Source: Azolla caroliniana (lineage: Eukaryota > Plantae > Polypodiophyta). Taken from it: a stretch of 11,657 nucleotides of DNA. This document shows positions 8,785 to 11,657 of this stretch, piece by piece. A program made the translations under genes and the position numbers. The notes under the pieces were generated by a model that was not told the origin of the DNA, searched no databases, and saw nothing but the letters and a program-made list of their open reading frames with translations. The stretch is from NCBI GenBank assembly GCA_043228905.1, contig JBHGNT010001141.1:1-11657 (forward strand), written 5' to 3'. How positions within the stretch are numbered: the first letter of the stretch is position 1; every line of letters begins with the position of its first letter.

Positions 8785-10707
8785 ATGAACTTGCCCAAAG
8801 ATCGCAGAGCTTTCCTGGAGATGATGAAGTCATGTGGGGAGCATAAGGAGATCTCCATAGCCAAATCTATACATGCCCATGTTGTGCAAAGAGAGGTTTT
8901 ACATAAGGATATATGCCTTTGTAATGCATTGATTAGTATGTATGCTAAATGTGGTGCTCTTTTAGATGCCATAGCTTTCTTTGAAAACCTTCCATGCCCA
9001 AATGTTGTATCATGGAATTCTATCATGTCTATATATTACCAACATGGCCTCCATCACCAAGCTCTCTCTTGCTTCAAACAAATGCAAAGCAGGGGTCAAT
9101 CTCCGAACGTAGTCACTTATATTTGCATCTTGAAATGTTGTAGCAACATTGGATTTATCAAGAATGGTCAAGAGATCCATGCTATAATCATTATGCAAAC
9201 ATTGTTGTGTAATAATTTGGCGCTCGGGAATGTGTTGGTTCATATGTATGCGAAATGTGGTATGCTAAGAGAAGCACAAGATGTATTTGAAGAGCTTCCA
9301 GAACGAGATGTTGTAACTTGGAGCTCTCTTATTTCTGGTTATGGCTATCATCAGATGCATGATGAAGCTTTGAAATGCTTTTGGAAAATGCAACATGAGG
9401 ATGTCCTCCCTGATGTGGTTACCTTTCTGTGCATTTTGAAATCTTGTACTAGTATAGAGTCTCTTGAGATGGGAGAAAAAATACATGCCTTGATTATAAG
9501 GCATGCAAAAAACATCATGCTCGACAACACGTTGGTTGATATGTATGCCAAATGTGAAGAGATGGGAAAAGCCCGAGAAATGTTTGATGCGATTCCAAAA
9601 CGAGATGTTGTAACTTGGAATGCGTTGATCATGGGGTATGTTCGGCATGGTCTCAATGATGAAGTCCTTAAATGTTTCAAGTTGATGCAAGAGGAGGATG
9701 ATATTTTTCCAGATGCAGTCACATTTATTTGTATTTTGAAAGCTTGTGGTAACATGGGTCTTATCGGTATGGGAGAAAAGATTCACATTGAAGTAAGAAA
9801 CAATGGTCTACTAGAGAAAGACATATTGTTAGGGACAACAATAGTGGACATGTATGCCAAGATGGGCATGTTAGAAAAAGCAAAAGAAGTATTTGAAGAT
9901 CTTCCAATAAGGAATGTGGTATCTTGGAATGCAATGGTTAGTGGGTATACCCAACATGGGCACAATGAGGAAGCCCTAAAATGCTTCAGACTAATGCAAT
10001 ATGAGGGACTTTCACCAGATGTGATAACCTTTATTTGCATGCTGAAAGCTTGTGGTAGCATGGGGTCTGTTGCAATGGGAGAAGAGGTACACGTCAAGGT
10101 TAAGAACCAACAGTTGTGGAAGAAAGATATGGTTCTTGGAAATACATTAGTGGATATGTATGCGAAATGTGGTATGCTCGGAAAAGCACAAGAAGTTTTC
10201 AATGAACTCCCATGCCGGGATGTTGTATCTTGGAGTGCATTAATGGATGGATATGCCCAGATGGGCGAGGCTGAAAAGGTTATAGAAAAATTCAATAAAA
10301 TGATGATAGAAGTTGTGATACCAGATGTGGTTACTTTTCTAGTGTTGCTTACTGCATGCAATCATGCTGGTCTATTAGAGGAAGGGCTAATGGTCTTCGA
10401 TGCCATGGATTCTAGTTATGCTGTGACTCCAACCTTAGACCACTACACATGTATGGTCGATTTTTTAGTCCGGGTCGGACATTTTGACAAGGCATTAGAT
10501 GTGATTGAAAATGTGTCACCTTCTCATTGGCTTCCATTGTTGCTAACTCTTCTCGGGGCCTGTTGTTGCAACTGTATGAATGTAGATCTTGCGAGGTGGG
10601 CGTTTGAGCAGTTATTACAGTTGGATAAAGAGTGTGTTTCGGCCTACGTTTGCATGGGAAATATATATGCATCTTCTGGTATGCATGAAGAGTTAAAGGG
10701 CATGTGA
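8785..10707 (+). CDS. PLS-class pentatricopeptide repeat protein, E subgroup (L-S-[P-L-S]x4-P2-L2-S2-E1-truncated E2; no DYW); probable organellar RNA-editing factor
   Basis: Intronless 640-aa ORF with repeated motifs of type VVSWNxxxSGYxQHG (P), VTFxCILKAC (L) and GNxLVDMYAKCG (S), followed by VTFLVLLTACNHAGL (L2), HYTCMVDFLVRVG (S2), LLGAC..LARWAFEQLL (E1, from 10531) and AYVCMGNIYA (E2, from 10636). The exact start codon is uncertain. Confidence 0.95.
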   Translation: MNLPKDRRAFLEMMKSCGEHKEISIAKSIHAHVVQREVLHKDICLCNALISMYAKCGALLDAIAFFENLPCPNVVSWNSIMSIYYQHGLHHQALSCFKQMQSRGQSPNVVTYICILKCCSNIGFIKNGQEIHAIIIMQTLLCNNLALGNVLVHMYAKCGMLREAQDVFEELPERDVVTWSSLISGYGYHQMHDEALKCFWKMQHEDVLPDVVTFLCILKSCTSIESLEMGEKIHALIIRHAKNIMLDNTLVDMYAKCEEMGKAREMFDAIPKRDVVTWNALIMGYVRHGLNDEVLKCFKLMQEEDDIFPDAVTFICILKACGNMGLIGMGEKIHIEVRNNGLLEKDILLGTTIVDMYAKMGMLEKAKEVFEDLPIRNVVSWNAMVSGYTQHGHNEEALKCFRLMQYEGLSPDVITFICMLKACGSMGSVAMGEEVHVKVKNQQLWKKDMVLGNTLVDMYAKCGMLGKAQEVFNELPCRDVVSWSALMDGYAQMGEAEKVIEKFNKMMIEVVIPDVVTFLVLLTACNHAGLLEEGLMVFDAMDSSYAVTPTLDHYTCMVDFLVRVGHFDKALDVIENVSPSHWLPLLLTLLGACCCNCMNVDLARWAFEQLLQLDKECVSAYVCMGNIYASSGMHEELKGM

Positions 10708-11657
10708 TGGGTTTATAAACATCCAAGTAAAAATTTGAGCCCTTGGAGACGTATAAAAGAATTTCTTTGTGATATAATAGTGTTTGTTATAATATTTTAT
10801 TGGATTGCTGTGAAGTGTTCCTTGCTGTTTGGTTACACATGGGATGGGTTATGAATATATAAACTCTGTATCTTTCTGAGATGTTGGAATGGATATGGCT
10901 TGAGATGGATTACATATGCTTGCCAGAAGAATTTTATGGTCATACCAAAATGGAGAATGAAAAATGATGATAGGCATGTCTTTTTGAGTGCTTTTAAGCA
11001 CAAAATTATATTTATTAGCATTCTTTTGTGGGGTTCTCACCTCATGTGGAGGTTTTCCCCACCGGTAATGTGATTCATTACTGAAAAAAAAAAGCGAGTA
11101 GAAGAATGAAAGAGGTCTAAAGCACAAGATCATGTACATATGTGTGAAAAAAACCCATAGCGGTGAGTACATTCTTATGTTAGATTCAGTGAGAATGGTG
11201 GAAGTCCCCTCTAGTTAGAATTCCATGCTACATTTACAATGCCTTTTCCTGTATACACAAAACACTTGATTAAGGCCAAAATTGTACATCCCTTCATAAA
11301 TTGTGGCATTGCATACACATGGAAAACAATTATGATGACATAACAATAAGACTAGAGTAGGTACACTTCTTTACTTTAGTGGATGTAGTGCATTGGAGTG
11401 AGATCATGGCCATAGCTTGGCCAACACACAAATCCTATCTCTTTTGATCATCAGTAGTGCAACAGTTAGAATCTGATCAGGGGTACTACCACTAGCAATG
11501 GTTGGTAGTCACATACTTATCATCAAACAACCAAGTCACACAAACATTTTTCTAACAAATTCTCTTTTCAACATAAATGACCACAAGTAACTTGCCCATT
11601 CTCGCAAAATGGTGGGACAAATTAGTACAACCAACAACTTTTATTGCCTCCTCGCCG

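Noticed and set aside
8733-10726. Several minus-strand ORFs (77-192 aa) opposite the PPR gene
   Set aside because: They are antisense shadows of the repetitive PPR coding strand, with no recognisable domains.
10708-10970. Degenerate DYW domain after the PPR stop codon
   Set aside because: No PG box, HSE or CxxC motif in the downstream translations I read.

Overview
AT-rich eukaryotic nuclear DNA from a land plant, probably a fern or another seed-free plant (inferred only from the style of the PPR E motifs). It holds two + strand genes. (1) The 3' part of a spliced gene of the plant COP1-interacting protein-related (CIP7-like) family: nine exons rebuilt by hand (1-85, 343-454, 793-835, 997-1063, 1146-1298, 2304-3795, 3903-5739, 6161-6253, 6341-6405), all with GT-AG introns and consistent phase, giving about 1314 aa with the N-terminus outside the window. 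(2) An intronless PLS-class PPR gene (8785-10707) with 17 P/L/S motifs, E1, a truncated E2 and no DYW deaminase, i.e. a candidate organellar RNA-editing specificity factor. The rest is intron and intergenic DNA with small tandem repeats. I found no convincing new biological system. The best leads are a stop-interrupted, transit-peptide-like in-frame extension upstream of the PPR gene, a NAGNAG acceptor whose distal site creates a stop, a readable PPR target code, and a 54-bp coding repeat.
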